A DNA stretch of 64,000 bases, from NCBI GenBank assembly GCA_017883265.1, contig JADGNX010000001.1:67361-131360 (forward strand), in the 5' to 3' direction. Below the pieces are notes generated by a model, which did not search any database, was not told where the DNA came from, and saw only the letters and a program-made list of their open reading frames with translations. Origin of the DNA: Thermoanaerobaculia bacterium (GTDB taxonomy: Bacteria > Acidobacteriota > Thermoanaerobaculia > Gp7-AA8). Position 1 is the first letter of the stretch; the number at the start of each line of letters is the position of its first letter. Shown one piece after another: positions 37,810-47,440 of the stretch. Made by a program: the position numbers and the translations under genes.

Positions 37810-39864
37810 TCAGCGCACGATGATCGCCCCATGCTCGGCTACGTAGGCTTCCAGCTCCTGAATCGAGCGTGGTTTGCTGAAGTAGTAGCCTTGAATGCGG
37901 TCGCACTTTTCCCTGGTCAGAATGGCCAGCTGGGCCTCGGTCTCGACCCCTTCGGCAACGACATCGAGGTTGAGACTGTGCGCCAGCGAGATTATCGCGG
38001 TGGCAATCGCCGCGTCGCTGGGGTCGGTGGTGATGTCATTGACGAACGACTTGTCGAGCTTGAGGGTATCGATGGGAAAGCGCTTCAGATAGTTGAGTGA
38101 GGAGTAACCGGTCCCGAAGTCGTCCATGGCGATGCGGACCCCGAGAGCCTTGAACTCCCGAAGCGTGTAGATGGTGTTCTCGGAGTTCTGCATCGCGCTG
38201 CTCTCGGTGATCTCCAGCTCCAGCGAGTGCGGGGGCAGACCGGTCTCTTCCAGCACCTGGGCCACCTGCGCCAGCAGATCGGGTTGCTGGAACTGGCGAG
38301 CTGAAAGGTTCACGGAGACCGAGATCTCGTAGCCGAACTTCCTCTGCCAATGCCGGACCTGTTTGCAGGCGGTACGCAACACCCAGTTGCCGATCGGCAC
38401 GATGAGTCCCGACAGCTCGGCCACCGTGATGAAGTGCGCTGGATAGAGAAGTCCCATATCCGGATGGTTCCAGCGGACCAGCGCTTCGACGCCGGCCACG
38501 GTGCGCGATTTGAGGTCGATGAGCGGCTGGTAGTGCAGGATCAATTCATTCTGGTTGAGCGCCTTTCGCAGGAGGTTCTCGAGGGCCAGGCGCTCGAGAG
38601 CGCGCGCGTTCATGGCCGGCGCATAGAGCTGGTAATTGTCCCGTCCGTGCTCCTTGGCGCGGTACATCGCCGTATCGGCATTCCTGACCAGCGTTTCCGG
38701 ATCCGCTCCGTCGTTTGGAAAAAGGCTGATGCCGATGCTGGTGGTGACGAAGAGCTCGTTCTCCCCGATGATGAAGGGAATCTTGAGCATTTCGATGATC
38801 TTCTGGGCGATGGTCGCTGCATCTTCGATCCGCTCCACTCGCGGAATGAGAAGGGTGAACTCGTCACCGCCGAAGCGAGCGATGGTGTCGCCTTCCCGTA
38901 CCGAGCGCCGGACCCGCTCGGCCACTGCGCGGAGAAGCTGGTCGCCGATGTTGTGCCCCAGCGAGTCGTTGATGTCCTTGAAGCGGTCGAGATCGAGAAA
39001 GAAGACGGCCAGCGTCTGATTGGCCCGGTTTGCCTGGGCCAGGGCTACGATGAGGCGATCGATGAAGAGAGGCCGGTTCGGAAGGCCGGTCAGCGCGTCG
39101 TGATACGCGAGGTGCTCGATCTCGACGGTGGCCAGTTCCGAGGCTTCGCTCTGGTCCTGAAGCAGGCAGGCCATCATCGCAACGATCATGACGCTCTGCA
39201 AAATCAGGTCGAGGAAACCGAGCAGCGTGGCATACGGAACCGCCACATCGGGAAGAAGGTGAAGCGCCGTGGCCACCAGATAGTGGATCTGCTGAGCTCC
39301 CCAGAGAGCGAAGGCCAGGCTGAGAAGCAAGAAGCCGAGCCGCTCTTTGTGACCGCGGATCTGAAGCAGGTAGATGCTGCCTGCGATGAAAACCATGGCA
39401 TAGAGGATGGTCCGCGGTCCGGAGCTCGTCAGGTCGATCAGATCTTCCGGCCTGGCCACCCGCAGCTGGCCCCCGAGAGCGGTGACCACTCCGAGAATGC
39501 TGGCACCGGTCAGCGCGAAGCGCGACGCGCGGATCTTGATCGGACGGCGCCGGATCAGTTCGTAGCAGCCGAAGAAGAGCCACACCATCTGAAGGTTTCC
39601 GGCGACGCCGGAAATGAGCGCCGTGGCCATGCGAGCCGGGTGGCTGACCGCCAGGTGATACTGAATCTCGAGGCCGATGGCGACTGCGGTGGACGCCGCG
39701 TAGAGCGCCAGGCTCAGCCACGCCCATGCCCAATGCAGCAGGTAGTCCTTCCTGAAGTTCCGATGCAGGGCCAGCATGAGCAGCGTCATGATCGCCGCCG
39801 CCACAGCACGCGCCCCGAAGATTGCGATGATCGGTTCTTGAAGGTCAGGCATGGCGCAAATCAT
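37810..39864 (-). CDS. Membrane-bound bifunctional diguanylate cyclase / c-di-GMP phosphodiesterase (7-TM sensor + GGDEF + EAL).
   Basis: ~7 N-terminal TM helices. The GGDEF domain carries RFGGDEF. The EAL domain carries EALVRW, DDFGTGYSSL and EGVE motifs. Start at MICAMPDLQEP or MPDLQEP (39864 or 39853). The track start at 39987 would overlap the next gene. Confidence 0.85.
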   Translation of the reverse strand: MICAMPDLQEPIIAIFGARAVAAAIMTLLMLALHRNFRKDYLLHWAWAWLSLALYAASTAVAIGLEIQYHLAVSHPARMATALISGVAGNLQMVWLFFGCYELIRRRPIKIRASRFALTGASILGVVTALGGQLRVARPEDLIDLTSSGPRTILYAMVFIAGSIYLLQIRGHKERLGFLLLSLAFALWGAQQIHYLVATALHLLPDVAVPYATLLGFLDLILQSVMIVAMMACLLQDQSEASELATVEIEHLAYHDALTGLPNRPLFIDRLIVALAQANRANQTLAVFFLDLDRFKDINDSLGHNIGDQLLRAVAERVRRSVREGDTIARFGGDEFTLLIPRVERIEDAATIAQKIIEMLKIPFIIGENELFVTTSIGISLFPNDGADPETLVRNADTAMYRAKEHGRDNYQLYAPAMNARALERLALENLLRKALNQNELILHYQPLIDLKSRTVAGVEALVRWNHPDMGLLYPAHFITVAELSGLIVPIGNWVLRTACKQVRHWQRKFGYEISVSVNLSARQFQQPDLLAQVAQVLEETGLPPHSLELEITESSAMQNSENTIYTLREFKALGVRIAMDDFGTGYSSLNYLKRFPIDTLKLDKSFVNDITTDPSDAAIATAIISLAHSLNLDVVAEGVETEAQLAILTREKCDRIQGYYFSKPRSIQELEAYVAEHGAIIVR

Positions 39865-39923
39865 CGCCGGATGAGGAATCCCCGCGCGAACGGGGCCCGC
39901 CTCATCACAGGCTGATGGCCATA

Positions 39924-41018
39924 TTAGCGGCTTCGCTCGCCGGGAGCGTCGTGCGAGTAGGATGCGACGAGGCGGCCGGCGGCCCACGGGAAGCCGAACG
40001 GTTCGCTTTCCGCGGCACAGGAGGCGCGAGGCAGGCGGAGCTCGAGGAGATGCGACGCAGCCTCTGCCAGCGCGTCCGGTTCCATCCGAGCGGCAACGAT
40101 TCCACTCCGCTCGGGCCGGATGAGTGCCTCCACTCCCTCGAGCGGGTAGGTAGCTGCCGGCGTGCCGCAGGCGATCGCTTCCAGGATGGCCCGGTGCCCT
40201 TCGTCGGAACCGCGAGCTGCAAAGAGGAGGACGTCTGCGGCGCGGTAGTGCTCGGCGAGGTCATCCTCGTGGTAGCCGGACCAGATGACAGCATCGCCGA
40301 CGGCCAACTCCCGCGAAAGCAGCTCGAGAGCCGGCTGATGCGGTCCTTGCCCGATCACCAGGAGACGTGCTGACCGCTGGCGCTCTCGAACGATTGCGAA
40401 GGCTCGCAGGATGTCTTCGAAGCCTCGATCGGGTGCCAGCTTGCCGATCGCTACCAGAAGAGGCTGGGAAGCCGGGATCCCGTATTGCTGCCGCACGTCA
40501 ACCCCTTCCGGGTCAAAAAGTCGGACATCGACCGGTGGCGGAGTGAACCTCACCTGACGGCCGCCGAGCGCCGGAGCGGTGACAAAAGCACTGTTGATCA
40601 CGAAGAGATGCGAGGTCGCGCGCAGCAGGATCCGCGACGAAGGGTCCGATCGCAGCACCCGGCGTGTGTGAAAGGTTCGAGCGAGACGGATCTCGCTGTT
40701 GCCGGTGGCTGTGAAGGCCAGCCAGTGGTCGTACGTGAGATGGGCGTGCACGATCTCGATGGACAGCGTCCGGATCGCCTGTCGGATGGCGCGGACCGTG
40801 CGCAGGAAAGCCAGGGGGTTCTGGGCCTTCTCAATGATCGGATGCGTATGCGGAATCGCGCCGATCTTCGTCTCGAGCTTGTAGCCGCCGACATACGCGA
40901 AGTGCGCGTCGGCGCCGGCTTCGCGGAGCGCCTCCACCTCATTGAACGCGGGAGTCGCTGCTCCGGTCCAGCGGTTCCCGGCGCAGAGGTGAAGGATTCG
41001 CAGTGGCTTGCTCCCCAT
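39924..41018 (-). CDS. Glycosyltransferase family 4 (GT-B fold, GT1-like).
   Basis: N-terminal LRILHLCAGNRWTGAA. C-terminal GT1 motif (LLFAARGSDEGHRAILEAIACGTPAATYPLEG). Start ambiguous (41018, 41030 or 41048). Confidence 0.75.
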   Translation of the reverse strand: MGSKPLRILHLCAGNRWTGAATPAFNEVEALREAGADAHFAYVGGYKLETKIGAIPHTHPIIEKAQNPLAFLRTVRAIRQAIRTLSIEIVHAHLTYDHWLAFTATGNSEIRLARTFHTRRVLRSDPSSRILLRATSHLFVINSAFVTAPALGGRQVRFTPPPVDVRLFDPEGVDVRQQYGIPASQPLLVAIGKLAPDRGFEDILRAFAIVRERQRSARLLVIGQGPHQPALELLSRELAVGDAVIWSGYHEDDLAEHYRAADVLLFAARGSDEGHRAILEAIACGTPAATYPLEGVEALIRPERSGIVAARMEPDALAEAASHLLELRLPRASCAAESEPFGFPWAAGRLVASYSHDAPGERSR

Positions 41019-41048
41019 TGCCGAGCGCATGCTAAACTCCCGCGCCAT

Positions 41049-41288
41049 ATGGCTGTTGATGCCGAACTGCTCGAGATTCTAGCTTGCCCGATCTGCAAGG
41101 AGGAGGTCCGGCTGGTCGACCTTTCCGAGGATCGGCGGACGGGCGTCCGTGACAAGTACCGGGAAAAGTTCCGCGGCGAGGAGCCGGTTGTCGAACAGGG
41201 CCTGCGCTGTGTCAAGTGTGGCCGTGTCTATCCGATTGTCAGTGACATCCCGGTGATGCTGGTGGAAGAGGCATTCGACGGGCAGTGA
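41049..41288 (+). CDS. Trm112-like / DUF343 small zinc-ribbon protein.
   Basis: 79 aa. LEILACPICKEEVRL…CVKCGRVYPIVSDIPVML. The track ORF 40485..41288 is spuriously extended, antisense to the GT gene. Confidence 0.65.
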   Translation: MAVDAELLEILACPICKEEVRLVDLSEDRRTGVRDKYREKFRGEEPVVEQGLRCVKCGRVYPIVSDIPVMLVEEAFDGQ

Positions 41289-41295
41289 ACCGCCC

Positions 41296-42516
41296 GTGTC
41301 GCTGAGCCGCCTTCTCCGCCTTCCCTCCGACACTCCCCGGGCCGTCCAGTTGTCGATTGCGTTCTATGTCGCGCACATCCTTCTCGAAGGGAAGATCGCC
41401 CTATCTGAACTGACGATCGCAGCGGCCCTGGCCTGCGCACTCTGGGCCATCTGGAAACGACAACTGACCGCTTCATTTCATATCCTCTATCTCCCGCTTC
41501 TCATCTATGGCCTGGCCTCTACGATCTCGGCCCTGATCGCTGACCGCGAGATCCATTCCTTCGGCGAGACGGCGCTCTGGATCAAGCTTCTGGTCTTCCC
41601 CTATGCGGTGATGATCCTTCGCGAAGTACCGCGGGCCCGGCAACTGGTCCTCAACGCGTTTCTCACCTTCGGCATCTTCAGCGGTCTGTACGGTCTCTTC
41701 CAGTACTTCGTGCTCAATCGAAGGGACCTCGAACATCGAATCACCGGCGCTTCGACTCATGTGATGACCTTCTCTGGCCTCTTGCTTCCTCTGTCTCTAC
41801 TCTTTCTGATCATGGCGTTTCACCGGCGGAGATGGTGGTTGTATGGCGGGGCCCTGCTGACCAGCGTGGTCCTCGTTCTGACGTTCACCAGGAGCGTCTG
41901 GATCGGTTGGGCCGGCGCGGTTGCCGTCATGATCCTTCTGGTCAGGCCGCGGAGCATTCTGTACGTGGCGCCCCTGGCCCTCTGGTTCGTCATCCTCAGT
42001 CCGCTCTCTGTTTTCGGAAGGATGGCTTCGACCTTCGACACCACGCAATCGTCGAACTTCGACCGTATCCGCATGCTGCAGGGAGGCCTGGAGATCATCC
42101 GCGACTATCCGCTTTTCGGTGTCGGACCTGCCAACGTCAAAGAGATCTATCCGCTCTACCGGAAGCCTGACGCGCCACGTTTTCGCATCCCGCATCTGCA
42201 TAACAATGTCGTCCAGATCTGGGCCGAGCGGGGCATTCTGGCGTTGTGGGCCTACCTCCTGCTGCTGGTCCTCTTCCTGCGGGAGTGTGCGCGCTTCTGG
42301 GGGTCGCCGGGCAGGATGTATGCGCAAATCGGGGTTGCGGTGGTCGTCTCCCTGACCTGCGCCGGCATGTTCGAGTTCAACTTCGGGGATACCGAAGTCC
42401 TGCTGGCTCTGCTCGATCTCTTCGCTCTGGTGATCGTCTCCTGTGAAACGGCCGAGGGTCACGGAATGCCCGCGCCCGGGCCTGTGAATGGAAACCTCCG
42501 GGCCGCTGTTGCTTGA
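41296..42516 (+). CDS. O-antigen ligase / Wzy-type polymerase family membrane protein.
   Basis: ~10 TM helices with a large periplasmic loop. Its context is a GT4 gene and Trm112. Confidence 0.65.
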   Translation: MSLSRLLRLPSDTPRAVQLSIAFYVAHILLEGKIALSELTIAAALACALWAIWKRQLTASFHILYLPLLIYGLASTISALIADREIHSFGETALWIKLLVFPYAVMILREVPRARQLVLNAFLTFGIFSGLYGLFQYFVLNRRDLEHRITGASTHVMTFSGLLLPLSLLFLIMAFHRRRWWLYGGALLTSVVLVLTFTRSVWIGWAGAVAVMILLVRPRSILYVAPLALWFVILSPLSVFGRMASTFDTTQSSNFDRIRMLQGGLEIIRDYPLFGVGPANVKEIYPLYRKPDAPRFRIPHLHNNVVQIWAERGILALWAYLLLLVLFLRECARFWGSPGRMYAQIGVAVVVSLTCAGMFEFNFGDTEVLLALLDLFALVIVSCETAEGHGMPAPGPVNGNLRAAVA

Positions 42517-42597
42517 GGCCGCATGGAGAGGGTGCCGCCAGGACGGCCCCGAAACCTTTCTGGCATGTTGCCGTCGAACGAGAGAGACAAGCGGGAG

Positions 42598-43167
42598 ATG
42601 AAGCACCTGAACGATCAGGAGTTGATGAGACTCGTTCAGGCAGGCGACTTCTCCCCGGCTGCTGAAATTTTCGACCGGTACAGCGGAAGGATCTACAACT
42701 TCGCCCTCCGATTCCTGAAGAACAGTGAGGCCGCTGAGGATGCGACACAGGAAGTCTTTGTCAAGATGCTCAAGTACGCCAACCAGTTTCATGGAGATGC
42801 AAAGCTATCGACCTGGCTGTTCTCAATCACGGCAAACTGGTGCCGCGACTACCTGAGGAAAGCCGACAACAAGCCGAAGGAAGCCGAGGAAGTTCTGCTG
42901 AGCCTTCCAGCCTCGAGTGAGTATGCGCCGGACCTGAATCTGGAAACGCGTCAGACCGAGCTTCGGGTTCAGAAAGCGCTCGAGGCACTGACGCCGGAAC
43001 AGAGGGAAGCCATCCTGCTCTCGCGGTACCAGGGGTTGTCTTACGCGGAGATCGCACAGATCGCTGGCTGTTCCGAAGGTGCCGTCAAGACCCGGGTTTT
43101 TCGTGCAATGGAGACGCTCAAGAAGGTTCTCACTGCGAACCTGCCAGTGGAGGGGATCAATGTCTGA
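42598..43167 (+). CDS. RNA polymerase ECF-type sigma-70 factor.
   Basis: Start at MKHLNDQELMRLV. Region 2 DATQEVFVKMLKYANQFHGDAKLSTWLFSITANWCRDY. Region 4 LSYAEIAQIAGCSEGAVKTRVFRAMETLKK. Confidence 0.8.
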   Translation: MKHLNDQELMRLVQAGDFSPAAEIFDRYSGRIYNFALRFLKNSEAAEDATQEVFVKMLKYANQFHGDAKLSTWLFSITANWCRDYLRKADNKPKEAEEVLLSLPASSEYAPDLNLETRQTELRVQKALEALTPEQREAILLSRYQGLSYAEIAQIAGCSEGAVKTRVFRAMETLKKVLTANLPVEGINV

Positions 43168-44170
43168 ATGCAATCTGACCGCTGAACGGATGCCGCAGCT
43201 TCTTGTCGAGGCCCTGTCGTATCACGACCGCGAGATCACACACCGGCATATCGAATCATGCTCCGTCTGCACCACCGAATGGCGCTCGTTGAAAGAGACC
43301 TGGTCGCTCCTCGGCGAGCTGCCGGAGGCGGAAGTTCCGTCCCGCGTACGTCAGCGCCTCATGGCGGCCGCAGGGCTGACTCCTCCCTCGATCCTGCCCG
43401 GAAACGTCCTCTCGTTCCGACAGCGTCCCGCCTTCCGCTATGTGGCCCAGGCCGCAGCGGTGGTCCTGCTGGTGGGAGGTTCCTGGTTTGCCGGTCACCG
43501 CAGCGCGCCACTGCAGATAGCTCCCTCGCAAGCCACCATCAACAGCGTGACCCCGGCGCAGTTCGCCATCGCCGAGAGCCGAGTCATTCCCGCCGCGCAG
43601 ATCAGCCCTGTTATCCAGGGCCGGCCGAACATCGAGAACGTCCGTTTCGTCGATAACAACCCGGCCGACTCCGAGGTGGCCGTCTCATTCGATATCAAGT
43701 CGCACATGACTGTCACCGGCCAGCCGGGCGACAAGACCATGGTCCGTCTCCTTACGTATGTTATGGAGAACGAAGACCATATGACGCCTTCCCGATCGCG
43801 GGCCATCGACTGGGTTCGTCAGGCTTACACCGACCGCGGTGCCGCCGACCCCGAGATTGCGGCAGCTCTGGCCAACGTTCTTCGAAACGATACGCACGAA
43901 GGAGTGCGCATCAAGGCTGTCGAGACCCTCAAGGCCCTTCCGCCGGCTTTTTCAGGCGAGACCCGCCTCGCTCTGATTCAGGCGCTCAAGTCCGATCCCA
44001 ACCCGGCCGTTCGCATCAAGGCTGTCGAAGCACTGGCTAATCTCGTTCAGGGAGGTGGCCGGCCGGATCAGGTCACCGTCGACACCCTCCGGCAGAAGGC
44101 TTCGCAGGACGATGAGAATCTCTACGTCCGGGTCAAGGCGGCTGAAGCGCTTCGCAAACTGACCCAGTAA
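43160..44170 (+). CDS. Anti-sigma factor (zf-HC2, single TM) with C-terminal HEAT/PBS-lyase-like repeats.
   Basis: ATGTCTGA overlap with the sigma-factor stop. HRHIESCSVC zinc motif. TM at AAAVVLLVGGSWFAG. Three or four HEAT-like repeats (VRIKAVETLKAL… / AVRIKAVEALANL… / YVRVKAAEALRKL). Confidence 0.65.
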   Translation: MSECNLTAERMPQLLVEALSYHDREITHRHIESCSVCTTEWRSLKETWSLLGELPEAEVPSRVRQRLMAAAGLTPPSILPGNVLSFRQRPAFRYVAQAAAVVLLVGGSWFAGHRSAPLQIAPSQATINSVTPAQFAIAESRVIPAAQISPVIQGRPNIENVRFVDNNPADSEVAVSFDIKSHMTVTGQPGDKTMVRLLTYVMENEDHMTPSRSRAIDWVRQAYTDRGAADPEIAAALANVLRNDTHEGVRIKAVETLKALPPAFSGETRLALIQALKSDPNPAVRIKAVEALANLVQGGGRPDQVTVDTLRQKASQDDENLYVRVKAAEALRKLTQ

Positions 44171-45765
44171 TGACCATGTCGATTCGTTCCGTTGCATTTG
44201 CCGTCCTTGTGACTCTTCTGGCCGTTGCGCCGGCAAGAGCGGGGGTGACCTCCACCGAGACATTCATACAGGAGTTCCCCCTCGATATCGGCGGCTCCTT
44301 CTGGCTCGACGACCCTCTGGGCAACGTCGAGATCATCGGAGTCGATGGGCCCGGAATGGTCGTGACCGCGGTGAAAATCACCAACGGCACGGACAAGGGC
44401 TCGGTCGACGAGGGCAGAAAGGTGACTCAGGTGGCGGTAGGTGGTGACTCGCGCCAGCGCGAGATCCGGACCATCTCTCCCGATGCCAGCCATCCACGCT
44501 GGATCAGCTACGTCAGCTATTCCATCCGCGTGCCCCGTACCGTCCACGTCACGCTCAATGTCGGGACTGCGGACGTCGTGCGGGTGGTCAACATCACCGG
44601 CAACGTAATCGTGAAAAACGTCAACGGTCTGGTTCGTCTGGAATCGATCTCCGGGGCCACGACCGTCGATACCATCAACGGGAACATCTCAGCCGATTTT
44701 CCCAACAACCCGGGGGCCAATTTCGATCTCATCACCGTCAATGGGCAGGTGGAGGTACGCGTTCCTCAGGACGCCAACTTTCAGTGGGTGGCCAACACTC
44801 TACGTGGCGAGATTCTGACGACCCTCCCTGTGCGAGGCACCTTCACAGGCACCGTCTTCCGCGGCAACCTCAACTCCCCCGGAGGACCGACCATCACCAC
44901 CGCCACCCTGATGGGGCGGGCTTATCTGCTTCGGAATGGATCGCGAACGAGCGAGGCGACTTCTATCTCCGTGCAACAGAACATCCAGGGAGGGGTGACC
45001 GGCAAGAACGCGAGCAATCGAGAGCTGTCGCCCCGTCCGCCCGGGCCAGAGACGATTCAAACCCCGCTCGTGCAGGGCAACCTCCGTTTCAACACGACCC
45101 TCGGGAACGTCCTGGTCGGGGAGATCCGGGGCGAGGCCCACATCAATACCGGGGCCGGCGAGGTCGCCTTGCAGACGGTGTTTGGGAAATGCGACGTGTC
45201 ATCCGGCGGAGGCCCGCTCGATCTCGGTGAGATCTACGGAGACCTTGTGGCCCGCACCTCTGCCGGCGACGTTCTGGTCCGCGCCGCGCGTGAGGGCGGC
45301 TATGTGTACACCGGCGGCGGCATCATCCGCGTTGTCTACACCGGCGGACCGCTGCGGCTGGAGTCGGGTGGCGGAGACATCCTGGTGCGTCAGGCCTCGG
45401 CGCCTGTCAGTGCCGATACCCGGTCGGGGGACATCAGTATCACCCTCGACCCGCGCTTCAAGACGCAGAAGGTCGACGCGAAGACATCCGGCGGCAACAT
45501 CACCCTCAAGGTAAGCCCGACCTTCGGCGCGACCGTCGAGGCCAACGTCACCACCTCGTCCGACAACGCGAACGCCATCACCTCGGATCTGCCGGGTCTG
45601 GTCATCGTCCGCGAGCAGGTCGGTAAGAGAATGCGGATCAAAGCCACGGGAAAGATCAATGGCGGCGGAGAGAAGATTACTCTCAACTCCGAAGACGGCG
45701 ACATTCACATCGTGACCCAGACCGCCCCGCCGATCACATTGATGGAGCCGAACGGCGCCCGATAG
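44170..45765 (+). CDS. Secreted DUF4097-family beta-strand-repeat ('putative adhesin') protein.
   Basis: Signal peptide MTMSIRSVAFAVLVTLLAVAPARA. Repeated …V.NV.G.V.V…G.V.L.S.SG. beta-helix segments. TAATG overlap with the anti-sigma gene. Confidence 0.65.
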   Translation: MTMSIRSVAFAVLVTLLAVAPARAGVTSTETFIQEFPLDIGGSFWLDDPLGNVEIIGVDGPGMVVTAVKITNGTDKGSVDEGRKVTQVAVGGDSRQREIRTISPDASHPRWISYVSYSIRVPRTVHVTLNVGTADVVRVVNITGNVIVKNVNGLVRLESISGATTVDTINGNISADFPNNPGANFDLITVNGQVEVRVPQDANFQWVANTLRGEILTTLPVRGTFTGTVFRGNLNSPGGPTITTATLMGRAYLLRNGSRTSEATSISVQQNIQGGVTGKNASNRELSPRPPGPETIQTPLVQGNLRFNTTLGNVLVGEIRGEAHINTGAGEVALQTVFGKCDVSSGGGPLDLGEIYGDLVARTSAGDVLVRAAREGGYVYTGGGIIRVVYTGGPLRLESGGGDILVRQASAPVSADTRSGDISITLDPRFKTQKVDAKTSGGNITLKVSPTFGATVEANVTTSSDNANAITSDLPGLVIVREQVGKRMRIKATGKINGGGEKITLNSEDGDIHIVTQTAPPITLMEPNGAR

Positions 45766-45949
45766 CCCATCATGTGTTGCGCGCCCGGGTCCTGTTGTCC
45801 GATGACGGCTCCGGGACGGATGGATCGAAGGCCGCTCCGGGAAGCCAACGCTCCTCCTCATCCGGGCTATCACAAACCGCCGGATCTTCTTGTCTACTCT
45901 GGTACCATTCGGCCGCGCGGCGCAAACAGGTCGCGCCTGGAGGTCAAAG

Positions 45950-46642
45950 TTGAAAACGGTTCGCCGCAATCTCCTCGTGACGATCTTCCTCTGCTGCGCG
46001 ACAGCGGGCCTGGATGCGACCGTAATGGCGTCGCTATCTCCTGGGGCATCGTCCCCGGACGGGACCGCAGCGACGAACCCTTCGAAGCCGCCCGCCAAGG
46101 CAAAACCTTCAGCCAAGGACGACTACACCGACAAAGTCGCCGACATCAAGACCAACAAGGGAACGATCACCATCCGCTTCTTTCCGGATGTCGCACCAAA
46201 CCACGTACGGAACTTCATCGATCTGGCCCGGAAGGGTTTTTACAATGGCTCAAAGTTTCATCGCGTCATCCCCGGCTTCATTATTCAGGGCGGTGATCCG
46301 AATACCATTTCCGGCGACCCCTCGACATGGGGCACCGGCGGATCGGGTACGAACGTGAAAGCTGAGTTCAACTCGGTTCATCATGTGCCGGGAATTGTCT
46401 CGATGGCCCGGTCCCAGAGTCCGGACAGCGCCTCGTCGCAATTCTTCATCGTCGTCGGCGACGCCTCGTTTCTCGACAAGCAATATTCGGCATTCGGCAT
46501 GGTGACCAGCGGGATGGACGTGGCGCAGGCCATCGCAACCACGCCGCGGGACCCGGGCGATCGTCCGAAGTCTCCTGTAATCATGGAAAAGGTGACCATC
46601 CGGGCAGCGAAAGAAAGCGAGAAGGGACCGACGCCGAAGTAG
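45950..46642 (+). CDS. Cyclophilin-type peptidyl-prolyl cis-trans isomerase, secreted copy.
   Basis: The TTG at 45950 is preceded by GGAGGT. Signal peptide MKTVRRNLLVTIFLCCATAGLDA. Cyclophilin core (FHRVIPGFIIQGGDP…SMARSQSPDSASSQFFIV). Confidence 0.85.
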   Translation: MKTVRRNLLVTIFLCCATAGLDATVMASLSPGASSPDGTAATNPSKPPAKAKPSAKDDYTDKVADIKTNKGTITIRFFPDVAPNHVRNFIDLARKGFYNGSKFHRVIPGFIIQGGDPNTISGDPSTWGTGGSGTNVKAEFNSVHHVPGIVSMARSQSPDSASSQFFIVVGDASFLDKQYSAFGMVTSGMDVAQAIATTPRDPGDRPKSPVIMEKVTIRAAKESEKGPTPK

Positions 46643-46797
46643 GAGGTGGCGCGACCGGCAACCGGGTAGCATCGAGCAGCCGCGGAGCGCCGTGCTGCGG
46701 AGGGGTTCCCGGCTTTTTGGCCTTCACCAGCAATACTGCAGCTTCGGCCACCGATACGATGCCGCCAGGCATCCAAGATCTGCAAAGGAGGGACCCC

Positions 46798-47325
46798 GTG
46801 ACCGATGACACCGACAAAGTCGCCGACGTCAAGACCAACAAGGGAACGATCACCATCCGCTTCTTTCCCGATGTGGCACCGAAACACGTGAAGAACTTCA
46901 TCGATCTGGCCGAGAAGGGGTTCTACAACGGCTCGAAGTTTCACCGCGTCATTCCCGGCTTCATGATTCAGGGTGGTGATCCGAATACCATTTCCGGCGA
47001 CCCCTCGACATGGGGCACCGGCGGATCGGGCACGAACGTGAAAGCTGAGTTCAACTCGGTCCATCACGTGCCGGGTATCGTTTCGATGGCCCGCTCCCAG
47101 AGTCCGGACAGCGCCTCGTCGCAATTCTTCATCGTCGTCGGCGACGCCACGTTTCTCGACAAGCAATATTCGGCTTTCGGCATGGTGACCAGCGGGATGG
47201 ACGTGGCGCAGGCCATCGCTGCCACGCCGCGCGACCCGGGCGATCGTCCGAAGTCTCCCGTGATCATGGAAAAGGTGACCATCCGGGCTGCGAAGGACAG
47301 CGAGAAGGGACCGACGCCGAAATAG
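46798..47325 (+). CDS. Cyclophilin-type peptidyl-prolyl cis-trans isomerase, cytoplasmic paralogue and tandem duplicate.
   Basis: The GTG at 46798 is preceded by AAGGAGG at 6-nt spacing. No signal peptide. The mature protein is ~95% identical to the upstream copy. Confidence 0.85.
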   Translation: MTDDTDKVADVKTNKGTITIRFFPDVAPKHVKNFIDLAEKGFYNGSKFHRVIPGFMIQGGDPNTISGDPSTWGTGGSGTNVKAEFNSVHHVPGIVSMARSQSPDSASSQFFIVVGDATFLDKQYSAFGMVTSGMDVAQAIAATPRDPGDRPKSPVIMEKVTIRAAKDSEKGPTPK

Positions 47326-47440
47326 ACATCGCACCGGACCCAAAGCCCGGGGCGGAGTCCGTCAGGCCGGCGTTTCGCAGCCGTGGGGTAGGCGTGCAAG
47401 ATTGGAAGCCTGCGACGCTGTTCGTCCGCGCTCCATTCTG

